Assembly (NCBI GenBank): GCA_044376115.1
Contig: JBILLK010000037.1
Location: 1-64,000, forward strand
Direction: 5' to 3'
Origin: Polyangiaceae bacterium
GTDB lineage: Bacteria; Myxococcota_A; Polyangia; Polyangiales; Polyangiaceae
DNA length: 64,000 bases
Shown: positions 8,845-19,319 of the stretch, one piece after another
Layout of the letters: each line of letters opens with the position of its first letter
Numbering within the stretch: the first letter of the stretch is position 1
Notes under the pieces: generated by a model
The model's input: only the letters and a program-made list of their open reading frames with translations
Told to the model about the DNA's origin: nothing
Database searches by the model: none
Made by a program: the position numbers and the translations under genes

Positions 8845-11800
8845 TTACTCCTCGACGCTGAAGCTGCGGGCGCGCGTAAGGCTCGAAGCTTGTTGCGAGT
8901 CGACCCGTCTGACCTCTGCCTCACGCAAGGTGAAGCTCCCGGCCAGCTTGAAACGCAGCGGAATGGTGAGTTCGCGCTCGCCGCCTGCAACGAGCATCGA
9001 AAGCTGCAACGCGCCTGGGATGGGTCGCACGCCGGCCACTGCGCTCGCCAGCTCAACCCCAGGAGGCAGCGGGATGGTCGCAGCAATCCGACTCTCTTCT
9101 CCGCGTGCCTCGCGGTCGGTCAGGGTCACCAAGAGATCGCCGATGTCTCCTCGACGAAGCCGCTTCCGTTCCGACCCGACCGGCATACGCAAATCCATCC
9201 GCAGCGAGCTGTTGCCCTCATTGGGAGCGCGTGAGAACGGGCGCAAGTAATTGCGACTCACCTCGGCGAGCAGCGGCTGATCGGTCTTGAGCTCGAGTGC
9301 ATCGGCGCCCTCCGGAACCTCGAGCGAGAGGCTGCTGCCCGGCTTCAGTACGACCTCGCGTTCCCCAGCAGATCCAAAGTTCACAGTGACCCGCGCCGGC
9401 TCGGTAGGTTCGGTCGTGCGCGCGAGCATGGCGAGCAACGCCGCGCGCGTGGCTGCAGCCGATCCAAACCCACCTTGGCCGTCCCGTTGAACGAGCAGCC
9501 AGACGAAGGTGCGTCGCAACGCTCCGGGATCTGCGTGCTGTTCGGCGCTCAAGAGCAGCGCCGCATAAACGAGCGTCAGGGTCGAGCGATTCGCGCCGGG
9601 TAACTCGACGCGTCCGTCCGAGCTGGGTCTGACCAGTTCAAGCAGCTTGGTTCGCAATGGCGCAAGCTCGTTCGCGCGATGCGGCCTCGAGGCGAGCGCG
9701 ATCACGGCGCGAGCGAGGTCCTCGGCGCGGCCACGCTCGCTGAGCTCGGTCACCGCGCGCGCGGCGAGATCGGTAAAGCATTGCAGTCCTGCGCCGCTCG
9801 TAGGGGTGGGCTCAGCGTCGAGCGCGGCGGCTAGCGCGCTCGGAGCGAGCAAAGCGTCTTTCGCCGGGCAGAGCGGCTCGTCGTCGCCGTCGCCTTCGCC
9901 TTCGCGTGAGCTCGCGTCGATGCGGCCGCGCAGACTGAAGTACACGCTCGATCCGGGCTCCGCGGAAGCGAGCACCCGTGCGCGCGCCGCTGTGCCGATC
10001 TCGTGCAGCCGATCCGCCAAGCCCGGCTTGTGCGCGGAGCGCAGGTAGTTCTCCAGCCGGGCGCAGCTATCGACGATATCCGCGAGCTCCTCCAGCGAGG
10101 CCGAGGCGTTGTTCTCGAGGTCTAGCGCGAGTCGTTCGAGTTGTGGCGCGATCCCGTGAAAGAGCCGCAAAGAGGCCGGCCCGCGCTTGTCGAAGTTCGG
10201 TTTGTCGAGCAGCTCGGTCAACGTGCGCTCGCTCGAGATCCAGGCCGTGCGGGTGATGTTCATCTCGCGACCAGCGGGCTTGACGCTCAGCGTGTGGCGT
10301 ACGGTGTCGGAGGCTAGCCCTGCGCTTTCGACCTTCACCACGAGCTGCCCATCTCCTGCAACGCCGGCCACCACCGGAACATCGAGGAGTAGCGCACTCT
10401 TCGCTGGGATGGTGGCCTTGGGGGGAACAAACCCTGGCTGTAGCGAGAGTGCGCCCTCCGCTTGTATTGCGAGGTCCACCGCCAATTCGCGCTCGCTGCG
10501 ATTACGCAACTGGACGCGTGCGGTAACGCGATCTCCCTCGGTCATGAGCGTACCGGCGAGCACCTTGGCGGAGAGCTCCAAGTTGACGGGCAGCTCGAGC
10601 GTCGAGACCGCAGCGCCCGCCTCGTACGGCAAGCCAATCAGCGCGATCTTCCAAGTCGTTTCCTCCGCACCAATCTGCACACGTACCCGAGCGCGACCGT
10701 TCTCGTCGGTTTGAACCGGCTCGCTCATGAATGCGATGCCCGTTGCTCCAGTTCCTCGCCCACCACCGTGGCCCGTGAGTCCAAGCCCACCGAGCCCGAT
10801 CCCTTCCCCGCGACCGCCGCCGCCTTCCCCAATACCGCGCAGACCAAGCCCACCGAGCGAGGTGCCAGTCGCGCGGTCAAAGGTCTGCTGCCAATGCGAG
10901 ACCGTCTTGTCCGCCGCGAGCATGTCGAAGCCAGCGTCAACGAGCTCCTCTTCAAGACCGGCCTTCGCGTACGGAGTCCCGGCCTTCAGCACCCGCTGGA
11001 ATGGGCTGCTCAGATCATCGGCGTTGCCAACCTTGCCATCCGGCCCAGGCGAATGCAGCGCGAAGCCTCGTTTGAAGGAGACGAACGGGCGGAAGCGGTC
11101 GCGGCTCTCTTGAAAGCTGAACGAACCTCCCCACGGGTCGAGCAGGCTGCCTTCGCTGAGCTTGCCACCACGCACGAGCGAACGCAGCAGGGCGTTGGGG
11201 TCCGAAGGGGCGTCGTCGCTGCTCGGATGGATGCGCTCCTCGTTCATCGCCTCCAGGATGTTGAACAGTTTGAGCCGAGTGACCCGCTGGGCGACGCGGT
11301 CATAACTGACCTGAGGGTCCAGCGTGATCAGATCGAGCTCGCTCAGCGGTTCCCCGCCTGGGGTGAGAACAGGTTCGGGCAGACTCGAAAGCGCTGAGGC
11401 CAGGAGCTCGCTTGGAAAGCCGCTTCGCCCCGCTGTCGATTGGCGCAGCGTCGTCAACGTCTCGCGGCTCATCGACGATTCGAGCACGGCTGTTTCCAGC
11501 GATCGCACGGCCGTCGCGAAGGTCTGCTCAAAGGCGGCCGTTGCAGCTTTGGCCGGGTCCAAGCGCGGCTCGACGCTGGTGTTTGATCGCAGCCGTGCGC
11601 GGCGCAGCGGCTCATCCTCCGGCCCTCCCCGCAAGAGCTCGTCGCAGCGTTCGGGCTTTACGGCGAAACTCGAGCAGAGCCGTCTTTTCGTGTCCAATCG
11701 TAACAGCGGCTCGATATCGGCGCCGCCGTACTTATCGACCACGACCGCCGCCACGGTGCCCATCAGCGGGCGGCCCTGGTTGTCCAAGAGCTCCGTATCA

Positions 11801-13614
11801 ATCGTCACAACGCTGGATGGTGCGGCTTTGCCCGAGCTGATTTGGCCAGTCAGCGAGGGCAGCTTCTTGGGCAGCACCAAGATGCGAGCGCTCGCTGCGG
11901 GAGAAGCGCCGCTCTTGTTGGGCACCGACACCACGACGTCCATCGGCCCTTTGGCGCCCACTGGAATATCGATGCCCATGGTTCCTTGCCCTTCGCGCCA
12001 AAACGAGGCGGCCACGCTTTCGCCGTCTTGGTCTCGCAACAGCAAGCTCGCGAGTGGGCCGCCAGCGCCAAGCAGCGACACCGGCAAGCGCTCGCCCTCC
12101 TCGACGATCAGCTTCGCCGGCCGGACGATCAGCGTGCCCGCGCGTTGCACCGGAACGCACGCCGTTTCACCGTCTACGCCCAGCAACTCGAGCGTCTTGT
12201 CTGGGGCGCGAGGGCCGATGAGTGGCAGAACGGCCTGCACCGATACGGCGGCCGCAACCTGACCGGGGCAGGGGCCGAGTTGCCTCGTAGCGCCAATCCC
12301 TTTGGGGACGTCCCAGTCGAACTCAAGCTCGCCGTAGCGGTTGGTGGTAACGCGTTGATCGAGCTGATCTCCTCGCACATGAAAGTCGCCCACGAGCGGC
12401 TTCCCGCGGCCGTCACTGAGCTCGAGCACGACCTTCTGTTTGAGTCCGGGCATCAGCGCTCCAGCCTCTGGGGAGAGGACGACTCTGCCGCGGGCGCGTC
12501 CAACCTCGACCTGATCCTCCGCGCTTTGGACACGCCCTTCCAGCTCGGTTCGCACCTCCAGGTGTTGTGCGGATCCTCGCTGCGGGACGGTGCTCGGCGT
12601 GCTGATCGTTCCCGTGAACTCGCCGTTCTCGTCGCTCAGCTTGCGCGCCGCGACGCGTCGGAACGCCTCGTCATCCTCGGGCGCTGCGGTTCCACGGGGG
12701 CCGCTCCAAACCCACAGTTCCTGCGCTCGCAACGGCTCTCCGGACGCATCGCGTACCTTCACGCGGTAGCTGACGTCTGTGCCAGCCGCGGCCGAAGACT
12801 GCTCGAAGAAGGCTTGCACCGAAGGCTGCCCAGGGACTTCTTCGCGCGCTTGCAACGTCGTGCTCGCGCCCATCGAGCTGCGATCGAGCGGCCTCGCCTC
12901 GAGCGTGTAGGAGGCCGCTTCTCCACCGTCGCGCGGCACGCGCAGCTTCGCAGAGGCCGTACCACTCGCGTCGGTCTTGCTGACGGCGCGGGCGCGGACG
13001 AGACCACCTTGCGAGAGCACGAACTCAAGCGAAAGGTCGCGCTGTCTCGCTTGCTTGCCGCCGACGATCGCCCAGGTCACGAGCTCGCTGCCCGGTACGA
13101 CCGCTCGATCCGAGACGAACAGGTCGAGGTCGCTACGAGCAAAGCGATCGATGCTAAGCGGAAGGGTGCGCGTGTGCCCTTGGGCCTCGACACGAAGCTG
13201 AAGCTTGATCCGCTTAGGGTTCCCAGCCGGCACTGGGATGACCAGCGTCAGGGCGCCCCCAGCGCCGCTCTTTCCTTGCACCGGGCTCGGTGTTGGCACC
13301 GCTGCGCTCTCGGTTGCTTCATCGTCGACCAAGGAAGCTGGATCCCAAGTGGCCTCGACCGTGGCGTTCTCGAGTGGAACCAGCGTGGTGGCGGTCGGGT
13401 AGCCAAGGACCACCAGGTTGAGCAAGAGCGGCTCTCCGCTCCTGGCCGAGCTGTCCGCTTGAACCCAAAGATCCAAGCCCCGCGCAGCCGGATCGAGGGC
13501 CGTCTCCGGGGCCGTTTTGGCTTTCTGCGCACGAGCCGTCGGCGGTACGAGCGCAGCGAGGGCAACCAGCCCACACAGAACGCCAACTCGAAGCGATACA
13601 GAGCGCAGTTTCAT
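8845..13614 (-). CDS. Alpha-2-macroglobulin-like (MG-domain) large exported protein
   Basis: ~1590 aa, signal peptide, Ig/MG-like strands, TDENGRARV...ETTWKIAL, EGDRVTARVQLRN, QRDGQGGFGSAAATRAAL; no CxEQ thioester seen. Confidence 0.75.
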   Translation of the reverse strand: MKLRSVSLRVGVLCGLVALAALVPPTARAQKAKTAPETALDPAARGLDLWVQADSSARSGEPLLLNLVVLGYPTATTLVPLENATVEATWDPASLVDDEATESAAVPTPSPVQGKSGAGGALTLVIPVPAGNPKRIKLQLRVEAQGHTRTLPLSIDRFARSDLDLFVSDRAVVPGSELVTWAIVGGKQARQRDLSLEFVLSQGGLVRARAVSKTDASGTASAKLRVPRDGGEAASYTLEARPLDRSSMGASTTLQAREEVPGQPSVQAFFEQSSAAAGTDVSYRVKVRDASGEPLRAQELWVWSGPRGTAAPEDDEAFRRVAARKLSDENGEFTGTISTPSTVPQRGSAQHLEVRTELEGRVQSAEDQVEVGRARGRVVLSPEAGALMPGLKQKVVLELSDGRGKPLVGDFHVRGDQLDQRVTTNRYGELEFDWDVPKGIGATRQLGPCPGQVAAAVSVQAVLPLIGPRAPDKTLELLGVDGETACVPVQRAGTLIVRPAKLIVEEGERLPVSLLGAGGPLASLLLRDQDGESVAASFWREGQGTMGIDIPVGAKGPMDVVVSVPNKSGASPAASARILVLPKKLPSLTGQISSGKAAPSSVVTIDTELLDNQGRPLMGTVAAVVVDKYGGADIEPLLRLDTKRRLCSSFAVKPERCDELLRGGPEDEPLRRARLRSNTSVEPRLDPAKAATAAFEQTFATAVRSLETAVLESSMSRETLTTLRQSTAGRSGFPSELLASALSSLPEPVLTPGGEPLSELDLITLDPQVSYDRVAQRVTRLKLFNILEAMNEERIHPSSDDAPSDPNALLRSLVRGGKLSEGSLLDPWGGSFSFQESRDRFRPFVSFKRGFALHSPGPDGKVGNADDLSSPFQRVLKAGTPYAKAGLEEELVDAGFDMLAADKTVSHWQQTFDRATGTSLGGLGLRGIGEGGGGRGEGIGLGGLGLTGHGGGRGTGATGIAFMSEPVQTDENGRARVRVQIGAEETTWKIALIGLPYEAGAAVSTLELPVNLELSAKVLAGTLMTEGDRVTARVQLRNRSERELAVDLAIQAEGALSLQPGFVPPKATIPAKSALLLDVPVVAGVAGDGQLVVKVESAGLASDTVRHTLSVKPAGREMNITRTAWISSERTLTELLDKPNFDKRGPASLRLFHGIAPQLERLALDLENNASASLEELADIVDSCARLENYLRSAHKPGLADRLHEIGTAARARVLASAEPGSSVYFSLRGRIDASSREGEGDGDDEPLCPAKDALLAPSALAAALDAEPTPTSGAGLQCFTDLAARAVTELSERGRAEDLARAVIALASRPHRANELAPLRTKLLELVRPSSDGRVELPGANRSTLTLVYAALLLSAEQHADPGALRRTFVWLLVQRDGQGGFGSAAATRAALLAMLARTTEPTEPARVTVNFGSAGEREVVLKPGSSLSLEVPEGADALELKTDQPLLAEVSRNYLRPFSRAPNEGNSSLRMDLRMPVGSERKRLRRGDIGDLLVTLTDREARGEESRIAATIPLPPGVELASAVAGVRPIPGALQLSMLVAGGERELTIPLRFKLAGSFTLREAEVRRVDSQQASSLTRARSFSVEE

Positions 13615-13681
13615 GGGCAACGGCTGACACCGTAACACCGCCCAGGTTCCCTTCCGGCGAGCCCCTTGCTACCACGGCTGG

Positions 13682-16003
13682 GTGACCCACCCCGCGACGC
13701 TTGCAAGCGACCTCCCGATCACGCCTGAGCTCGTCAAAAAGCACAAGCTGACCAAAGACGAGTACGAACGCGTCCTCGCCACCCTCGGCCGAACGCCCTC
13801 CTACTCCGAGCTCGGAGTTTTGAGCGTCATGTGGAGCGAGCATTGCTCGTACAAGAGCTCGCGCGTGCATCTCGCGCGGCTACCAACCAAAGGCCCACGG
13901 GTGATTCAGGGGCCGGGAGAGAACGCCGGCGTCGTCGACATTGGGGACGGTTTTGCCGCGGTCTTCAAGATGGAGTCGCACAATCACCCCTCCTACATCG
14001 AGCCGTATCAAGGCGCGGCAACCGGCGTGGGCGGCATTCTGCGTGACGTCTTCACCATGGGCGCACGGCCGATCGCGAACCTGAACTCCCTTCGTTTCGG
14101 TCGTGCGGCCCACCCCCGAACGCCTGAGCTATTGCGCGGCGTGGTTGCAGGCATTGCTGGTTACGGTAACGCGATCGGCGTGCCGACCGTCGGCGGCGAG
14201 CTCTTCTTCGACCCAGCCTATGACGGCAATATCCTAGTAAACGCCTTCACCTGCGGCGTCGTTCATCGCGATGCCATCTTCTACGGAAGAGCCTCCGGCG
14301 TCGGCAACAACGTGCTCTATGTCGGCGCGCGTACCGGGCGTGACGGCATCCACGGCGCAACCATGGCCTCGGATGAATTTTCTGGCGGGGGCCCGAGCCA
14401 ACGCCCGACGGTTCAAGTGGGTGACCCGTTCATGGAGAAGCTGCTGCTCGAGGCCTGCCTGGAGATCTTCGCGGCAGACGTGCTCGTCGGCGTACAAGAC
14501 ATGGGCGCGGCCGGCCTTACTTCCTCGTCGGTCGAAATGGCCAGTCGCTCCGGGAGCGGTCTCGACCTCGACCTGGACAAGGTTCCGCGGCGTACGCGCG
14601 GTCTTACGCCCTACGAGATGCTGCTGAGCGAATCGCAGGAGCGCATGTTGATGGTGGCCAAGCCCGGCATGGAGGAGCGCGTCTTCGAGATTTGCCGCAA
14701 GTGGGAGCTCGACTGCGCGATCATCGGCAAGGTCACCGACAGCGGGCGTTGGATCGTGCGCGCCACCCCTGGCTATGATCCGTTCCGCGAGACGCGCGAC
14801 GTGCGAGCCGATGAGAAGGTGGTGGTTTGCGATCTCCCGGTCGACTTCCTCACCGACGCTGCACCCAAATACGAGCGACCCATGTCGCGCGACTCCCAGC
14901 TCGACGCCCGGCTTGCATTCGATGATCGTACGCTCGCTCCCAAGGGCACGCTGCAAGACCTCTACCTCGATATGGTGGGGTCGGAGAATCTCGGCTCGCG
15001 CGCCTGGGTTTACCGCCAATTCGATAGCATCGTACGCGGCGGTACCTTGGTCAGGCCGGGCGCCGACGCGGCGGTTGTGCGCGTTCCGTGCGAGCTAGCC
15101 AACCAGCCGACGCTCGATAAGTACTTAGCCTTTGCAGCCGATTGCAACAGCCGCATCGTAGAGCTTGATCCGCGGCTTGGCGGTCAGTGGGCCGTCGCCG
15201 AGGTGTGTCGCAACCTCGCCTGCGTCGGCGCCGAGCCGATCGGCCTCACGGATTGTTTGAACTTCGGCTCGCCCGAACGGCCAGAGATCATGTGGCAGTT
15301 CTCGCAAGCGATCGACGGTCTCGCCGACGCCTGCCGCGCTCTCGAGGTGCCCATCGTCAGCGGCAACGTCAGCCTCTATAACGAGACCGACGGTCGCGCC
15401 ATTCTTCCTACCCCAACCATGGGCGCTGTCGGTTTAGTTGATAAGCCGAGCTCGGTGCCCAGCGGTTTTTTCCGCACGGAAGGGCTTGAGCTTTGGCTGG
15501 TTGGGCCGCTCGCTCCCGGCTCTCTCGGCGGCTCAGCCTTGATGTCCCATCTAACCGGGTTGGTGCAGGGCACCCCGCCCGCGCTCGATCTCGCGATGGA
15601 GGCCAAAGTGCAAGCGTTCGTTCGACAATTGTGTCGCGCCGAGTTGCTCGAGGTCGCTCACGATGTTTCGGAAGGCGGTTTGGCCATCGCCCTCACCGAA
15701 TGTGCGATCGGCTGCGCAGATGAACGAGAAATGATCGGCTTTGAAGCGACCCTCCCCGAGGGAGAGACGGCGCTTTCGGCCTTCTTTGGTGAGGCTCCGA
15801 GCCGCATTGTTCTCGGTCTCTCCAAGGCGAATCGCGCTGAGGTCGAGAGCCGCGCGAAGGCTCTCGGTGTTCCGTTGACCAAGTTGGGCGTGAGCGGCGG
15901 CTCACAGCTAGTGCTTCGCGCGGGCGCGCATGAGCTCAGCGTCGGTCTCGCAGAGGCCCGCAAACGTTGGTCGAGCTGTCTCGCATCGATCGTCGGGAAT
16001 TGA
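13682..16003 (+). CDS. purL: Phosphoribosylformylglycinamidine synthase subunit PurL (small type)
   Basis: [58 protein letters not shown]. Confidence 0.98.
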   Translation: MTHPATLASDLPITPELVKKHKLTKDEYERVLATLGRTPSYSELGVLSVMWSEHCSYKSSRVHLARLPTKGPRVIQGPGENAGVVDIGDGFAAVFKMESHNHPSYIEPYQGAATGVGGILRDVFTMGARPIANLNSLRFGRAAHPRTPELLRGVVAGIAGYGNAIGVPTVGGELFFDPAYDGNILVNAFTCGVVHRDAIFYGRASGVGNNVLYVGARTGRDGIHGATMASDEFSGGGPSQRPTVQVGDPFMEKLLLEACLEIFAADVLVGVQDMGAAGLTSSSVEMASRSGSGLDLDLDKVPRRTRGLTPYEMLLSESQERMLMVAKPGMEERVFEICRKWELDCAIIGKVTDSGRWIVRATPGYDPFRETRDVRADEKVVVCDLPVDFLTDAAPKYERPMSRDSQLDARLAFDDRTLAPKGTLQDLYLDMVGSENLGSRAWVYRQFDSIVRGGTLVRPGADAAVVRVPCELANQPTLDKYLAFAADCNSRIVELDPRLGGQWAVAEVCRNLACVGAEPIGLTDCLNFGSPERPEIMWQFSQAIDGLADACRALEVPIVSGNVSLYNETDGRAILPTPTMGAVGLVDKPSSVPSGFFRTEGLELWLVGPLAPGSLGGSALMSHLTGLVQGTPPALDLAMEAKVQAFVRQLCRAELLEVAHDVSEGGLAIALTECAIGCADEREMIGFEATLPEGETALSAFFGEAPSRIVLGLSKANRAEVESRAKALGVPLTKLGVSGGSQLVLRAGAHELSVGLAEARKRWSSCLASIVGN

Positions 16004-16014
16004 AGTCGATGCGG

Positions 16015-16047
16015 TGGTTGCAAGCGTCGGCTCGACGCTTGCAACCA
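16015..16047. other. Perfect 15-bp inverted repeat between purL and flhB
   Basis: TGGTTGCAAGCGTCG-GCT-CGACGCTTGCAACCA; no U-tract on either side. Confidence 0.85.
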
Positions 16048-16057
16048 GTCCCCGTCG

Positions 16058-17146
16058 GTGAGTGACGATGGGGATCGCAAGTACGATCCAACCCCAAAAC
16101 GGCGCGAGAAATTCCGCAAAGACGGCCGGATCGCGCGTGCGCGTGACGCGGCGCCGATCGCAGGCTGCATGCTCGCGGTGGGGGCCATCGTTGGTACCGA
16201 GAGCGCCACAAAAACGGCGGTCGCACGGCTCTTTCAAGCGACCGTAGGCGACCTTACGAGTCTATCGCGCGGTCAAGCCGAGACCCCGCGCGAGGCCGCC
16301 GTGTTTGCGCTGGTTGCGCTATTGATTCCACCCATCGTCGCGGCCTGTGTTGGCGCCATTGCGCTCGGTGCAGCCCAGAACGGCCTAACGCTCAATCTCG
16401 ACCAGGTTGAGTTCAAATGGGAGCGGCTCGACCCCATGGGCAAGCTCAAGCAGATGTTTAGCTTCAGCCACGCCGGCACGGAGCTCGCGCTCGCGGTGCT
16501 GAAGGTTGGCGTGGTGCTAACAGTGGCTGGTTTTGCGCTACGCGATGAGGCCCCAGCGCTTTTGGGCTTGGTGCGGGTACCTTTCCCCGAGAGCGCTACG
16601 GTGCTGCTTTCGTCCGCGCTGATTGTCGCCATCAAGACGCTGATTGCCAGCGCTGGTATCGCCGTCGTGGACTACGCCCAATCCTGGTTTCGCCTTGAGA
16701 AGGACCTCAAGATGACGCTGCAGGAGCTCAAAGACGATATGCGCTCCGAAGACGGCGACCCGCGCGTGAAGGCACGCATCCGCGCCCGCGCTCGTTCGAT
16801 GGCGCGGCGACGAATGATGAGCGACGTCAAACAAGCGGCGGTGATCGTCACAAATCCGACGCACATCTCGGTCGCCCTTCGGTACGGCCTATCCGACCCC
16901 GCGCCTATTGTGGTTGCCAAGGGGCATGATGAGGTCGCGCTCGCGATTCGTCGCGAAGCCCGCAAACACGGCGTGCCAATCCTGGAGAATCGGCCGCTTG
17001 CCCGCACCTTGGACGCGCAGGTCGCGATCGGTAAGCCCGTGAAGATCGAGCACTTTGCGGCGGTCGCGAGGGTGCTCGCCTTCGTCTACCAGTTGCGCCG
17101 CAAGCCTCGTGCTGCCCAGCCGCGGCTCAAGCCGGAGCTGCGCTGA
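16058..17146 (+). CDS. flhB: Flagellar export gate / substrate-specificity switch FlhB
   Basis: PTPKRREKFRKDG N-terminus, TM region, LKMTLQELKDDMRSEDGDPRVK, autocleavage motif TNPTH, VVAKG. Confidence 0.95.
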   Translation: MSDDGDRKYDPTPKRREKFRKDGRIARARDAAPIAGCMLAVGAIVGTESATKTAVARLFQATVGDLTSLSRGQAETPREAAVFALVALLIPPIVAACVGAIALGAAQNGLTLNLDQVEFKWERLDPMGKLKQMFSFSHAGTELALAVLKVGVVLTVAGFALRDEAPALLGLVRVPFPESATVLLSSALIVAIKTLIASAGIAVVDYAQSWFRLEKDLKMTLQELKDDMRSEDGDPRVKARIRARARSMARRRMMSDVKQAAVIVTNPTHISVALRYGLSDPAPIVVAKGHDEVALAIRREARKHGVPILENRPLARTLDAQVAIGKPVKIEHFAAVARVLAFVYQLRRKPRAAQPRLKPELR

Positions 17147-17177
17147 GCGCTGGCACATATGCTGCGTAGGGGGGCCT

Positions 17178-19319
17178 GTGAGCTCCCCGGCCGTTCCACA
17201 GGCGCAGACCCATAGCAAGGCCGACTTGATCGTCCCGGTCGGCATCATCGCCGTTGTGCTGATGATGGTGCTGCCGATCCCGGCGGTCATCCTCGACGCC
17301 ATGCTCACGCTGAGCATGGCCCTGGCCATCGGCGTATTCATGACAGCGCTCTTCATCGAAGACGCGCTCGAGTTCTCGGCCTTCCCGGCCTTCGTGCTCG
17401 TGGCGACCTTGCTTCGGCTGAGCCTCAACGTGGCCACGACGCGGTTGATTCTTCTGCACGGTACAGAAGGACAAGGCGCGGCTGGTCAGATGGTCGAGGC
17501 CTTCGGTCGCTTCGTCGTTGGCGGAAACATCGTCGTCGGTTTGGCGGTGTTCTTGATCCTCGTCGTCATCAACTTCGTCGTCATCACCAAGGGCGCAGGC
17601 CGCGTCGCTGAGGTCGCCGCACGCTTCACCCTCGATGCCATGCCCGGTAAGCAGATGGCGATCGACGCCGACCTCTCGGGTGGACTCATCAATCCCGACC
17701 AGGCGCGCTCTCGGCGGCGCAACCTCGAGCGCGAGGCCGATTTTTACGGTGCTATGGACGGTGCTTCCAAGTTCGTCCACGGCGACGCGGTCGCCGGCTT
17801 GCTCATCACCGCCATCAACCTGATTGGAGGTCTCATCCTCGGCATCGCGGCAGGGCTCGACCTGGCCCATGCAGCAGAGACCTTCAGCGTGCTCTCGATC
17901 GGTGACGCGCTGCTATCGCAGATTCCGGCGCTGCTCGTCTCGGCGGCCAGCGGTATCGTTGTAACGCGCAGTGCCACTGGGGACCAGCTCGGCCGCGCCT
18001 TCGTCTCTCAGCTCGCCGGTCGCAAGCGCACATTGTTGGTTACCGCGGGCATCATGGGCTTTCTCGGCCTGTTGCCCGGTATTCCCGCTTTGCCGTGTAT
18101 GGCTCTCGCCGGCGGGCTCTACTACATGGCCCGTAAGCTCCCCCCGGAGTCCTCGGCCAACGAGCCCGCGCGAGACGCTTTCGCTTCTCCAAACCAAGCC
18201 TCCTCTGCGGCCTCTCCTGGTGAGCCTCGTCGAAGCCCTGCGGAGGAGATCGATGCGGCGCTCTCGTTGGAGCTCCTCACCCTCGAGCTCGGCTTTGAGT
18301 TGGTCCACTTGGTGGACTCCAAGAGCGGCGGCATGTTGATGGACCGCGTTACCAATCTACGACGCGAGATTGCAACCGAATGCGGTGTAGTGGTGCCGCC
18401 AGTACACGTTTGCGACAACCTCGACCTCGGCCCGGCCGTCTATCGCGTATTGCTGCTCGGAAACGAGATCGGTCGCGGAGAGTGTCGCACCGGCCGGATT
18501 TTGGCGATCGACGCCACTGGTGTGGCGCCTCCCATTGACGGTGAGGCCGCCAAGGACCCGGCGTTCGGCATGCCGGCGCGTTGGGTTCCAGTGCGCGACA
18601 AGGAGATGGCAGAGGCGCTCGGCTACGCCACCGTCGACCACGATACCATTATTGCCACGCATCTCGGCGAGCTCCTACGTAGCAATGCAGCCAAGCTCCT
18701 GGGTCGCCAAGAAGCGCAGCACCTCCTCGATGTGCTCGCCAAGACCGCCCCCAAGCTGGTCGATGACGTGGTCCCTAACTTGCTACCTCTCGGTGAAGTG
18801 GTCCGCGTACTTCGTAATCTGTTGGCTGAGCGAGTTTCGGTGCGCGATATGCGCACCATCCTCGAGGCGATTGCTGACGCCGTCACCCAAACCAAGGACC
18901 CAGAGCAACTTACTGAGTTGGTGCGTGAGCGGTTAGCCGCTCAGATCACCTCACGTCTAGCCGGCAGCGACCGCTCCGTTGCCGTGATGGCGCTAGACCC
19001 CCGCGTGGAGGAGGTCCTGCGCAGGTCGCTACGCGATATTGCGCAGGGCACCGGGGGCGCAATCGACCCGGACTTCATCCGTCACGTGACTGCGATGGTG
19101 GAGAAGTCGCTACCCAAGTTCGCAGCGCTAGCCGTCAATCCCTGCGTTGTCTCCCCGCCCGATGTGCGCCGCTTCATTCGAGCGATCTTCGAGCGAAAGA
19201 TTCCCCAAGTATCTGTCATCTCCTTTCGTGAGGTGGAACCGTCGTTCCAGCTTCGCGTGATTGAAACCCTGAGCTCCCCTGCCGGATCCGTCCCGCAGGT
19301 AACTGCGAGGTCTGCATGA
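17178..19319 (+). CDS. flhA: Flagellar export apparatus FlhA
   Basis: RLSLNVATTRLIL, VITKGAGRVAEVAARFTLDAMPGKQMAIDADL, FYGAMDGASKFV; GTG start at 17178 chosen to avoid overlap with flhB. Confidence 0.96.
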   Translation: MSSPAVPQAQTHSKADLIVPVGIIAVVLMMVLPIPAVILDAMLTLSMALAIGVFMTALFIEDALEFSAFPAFVLVATLLRLSLNVATTRLILLHGTEGQGAAGQMVEAFGRFVVGGNIVVGLAVFLILVVINFVVITKGAGRVAEVAARFTLDAMPGKQMAIDADLSGGLINPDQARSRRRNLEREADFYGAMDGASKFVHGDAVAGLLITAINLIGGLILGIAAGLDLAHAAETFSVLSIGDALLSQIPALLVSAASGIVVTRSATGDQLGRAFVSQLAGRKRTLLVTAGIMGFLGLLPGIPALPCMALAGGLYYMARKLPPESSANEPARDAFASPNQASSAASPGEPRRSPAEEIDAALSLELLTLELGFELVHLVDSKSGGMLMDRVTNLRREIATECGVVVPPVHVCDNLDLGPAVYRVLLLGNEIGRGECRTGRILAIDATGVAPPIDGEAAKDPAFGMPARWVPVRDKEMAEALGYATVDHDTIIATHLGELLRSNAAKLLGRQEAQHLLDVLAKTAPKLVDDVVPNLLPLGEVVRVLRNLLAERVSVRDMRTILEAIADAVTQTKDPEQLTELVRERLAAQITSRLAGSDRSVAVMALDPRVEEVLRRSLRDIAQGTGGAIDPDFIRHVTAMVEKSLPKFAALAVNPCVVSPPDVRRFIRAIFERKIPQVSVISFREVEPSFQLRVIETLSSPAGSVPQVTARSA

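Noticed and set aside
11842..13635. 597-aa plus-strand ORF and similar long antisense ORFs (e.g. 33999-35357, 39513-40484, 42828-44285, 55143-56360)
   Set aside because: Shadow frames of well-supported genes; typical of high-GC DNA and without recognisable motifs.
17055..17177. N-terminal extensions in the ORF track (flhA 17055, cupredoxin 36397, AlaX 39561, tssM 41299, HDAC 49076, kinase 56564)
   Set aside because: They overlap neighbours or lack family similarity; downstream starts fit better.
16058..19319. FlhA/FlhB as injectisome SctV/SctU
   Set aside because: They are coupled to flhF and sit with flagellins, fliD and flgKL, so the context is flagellar.
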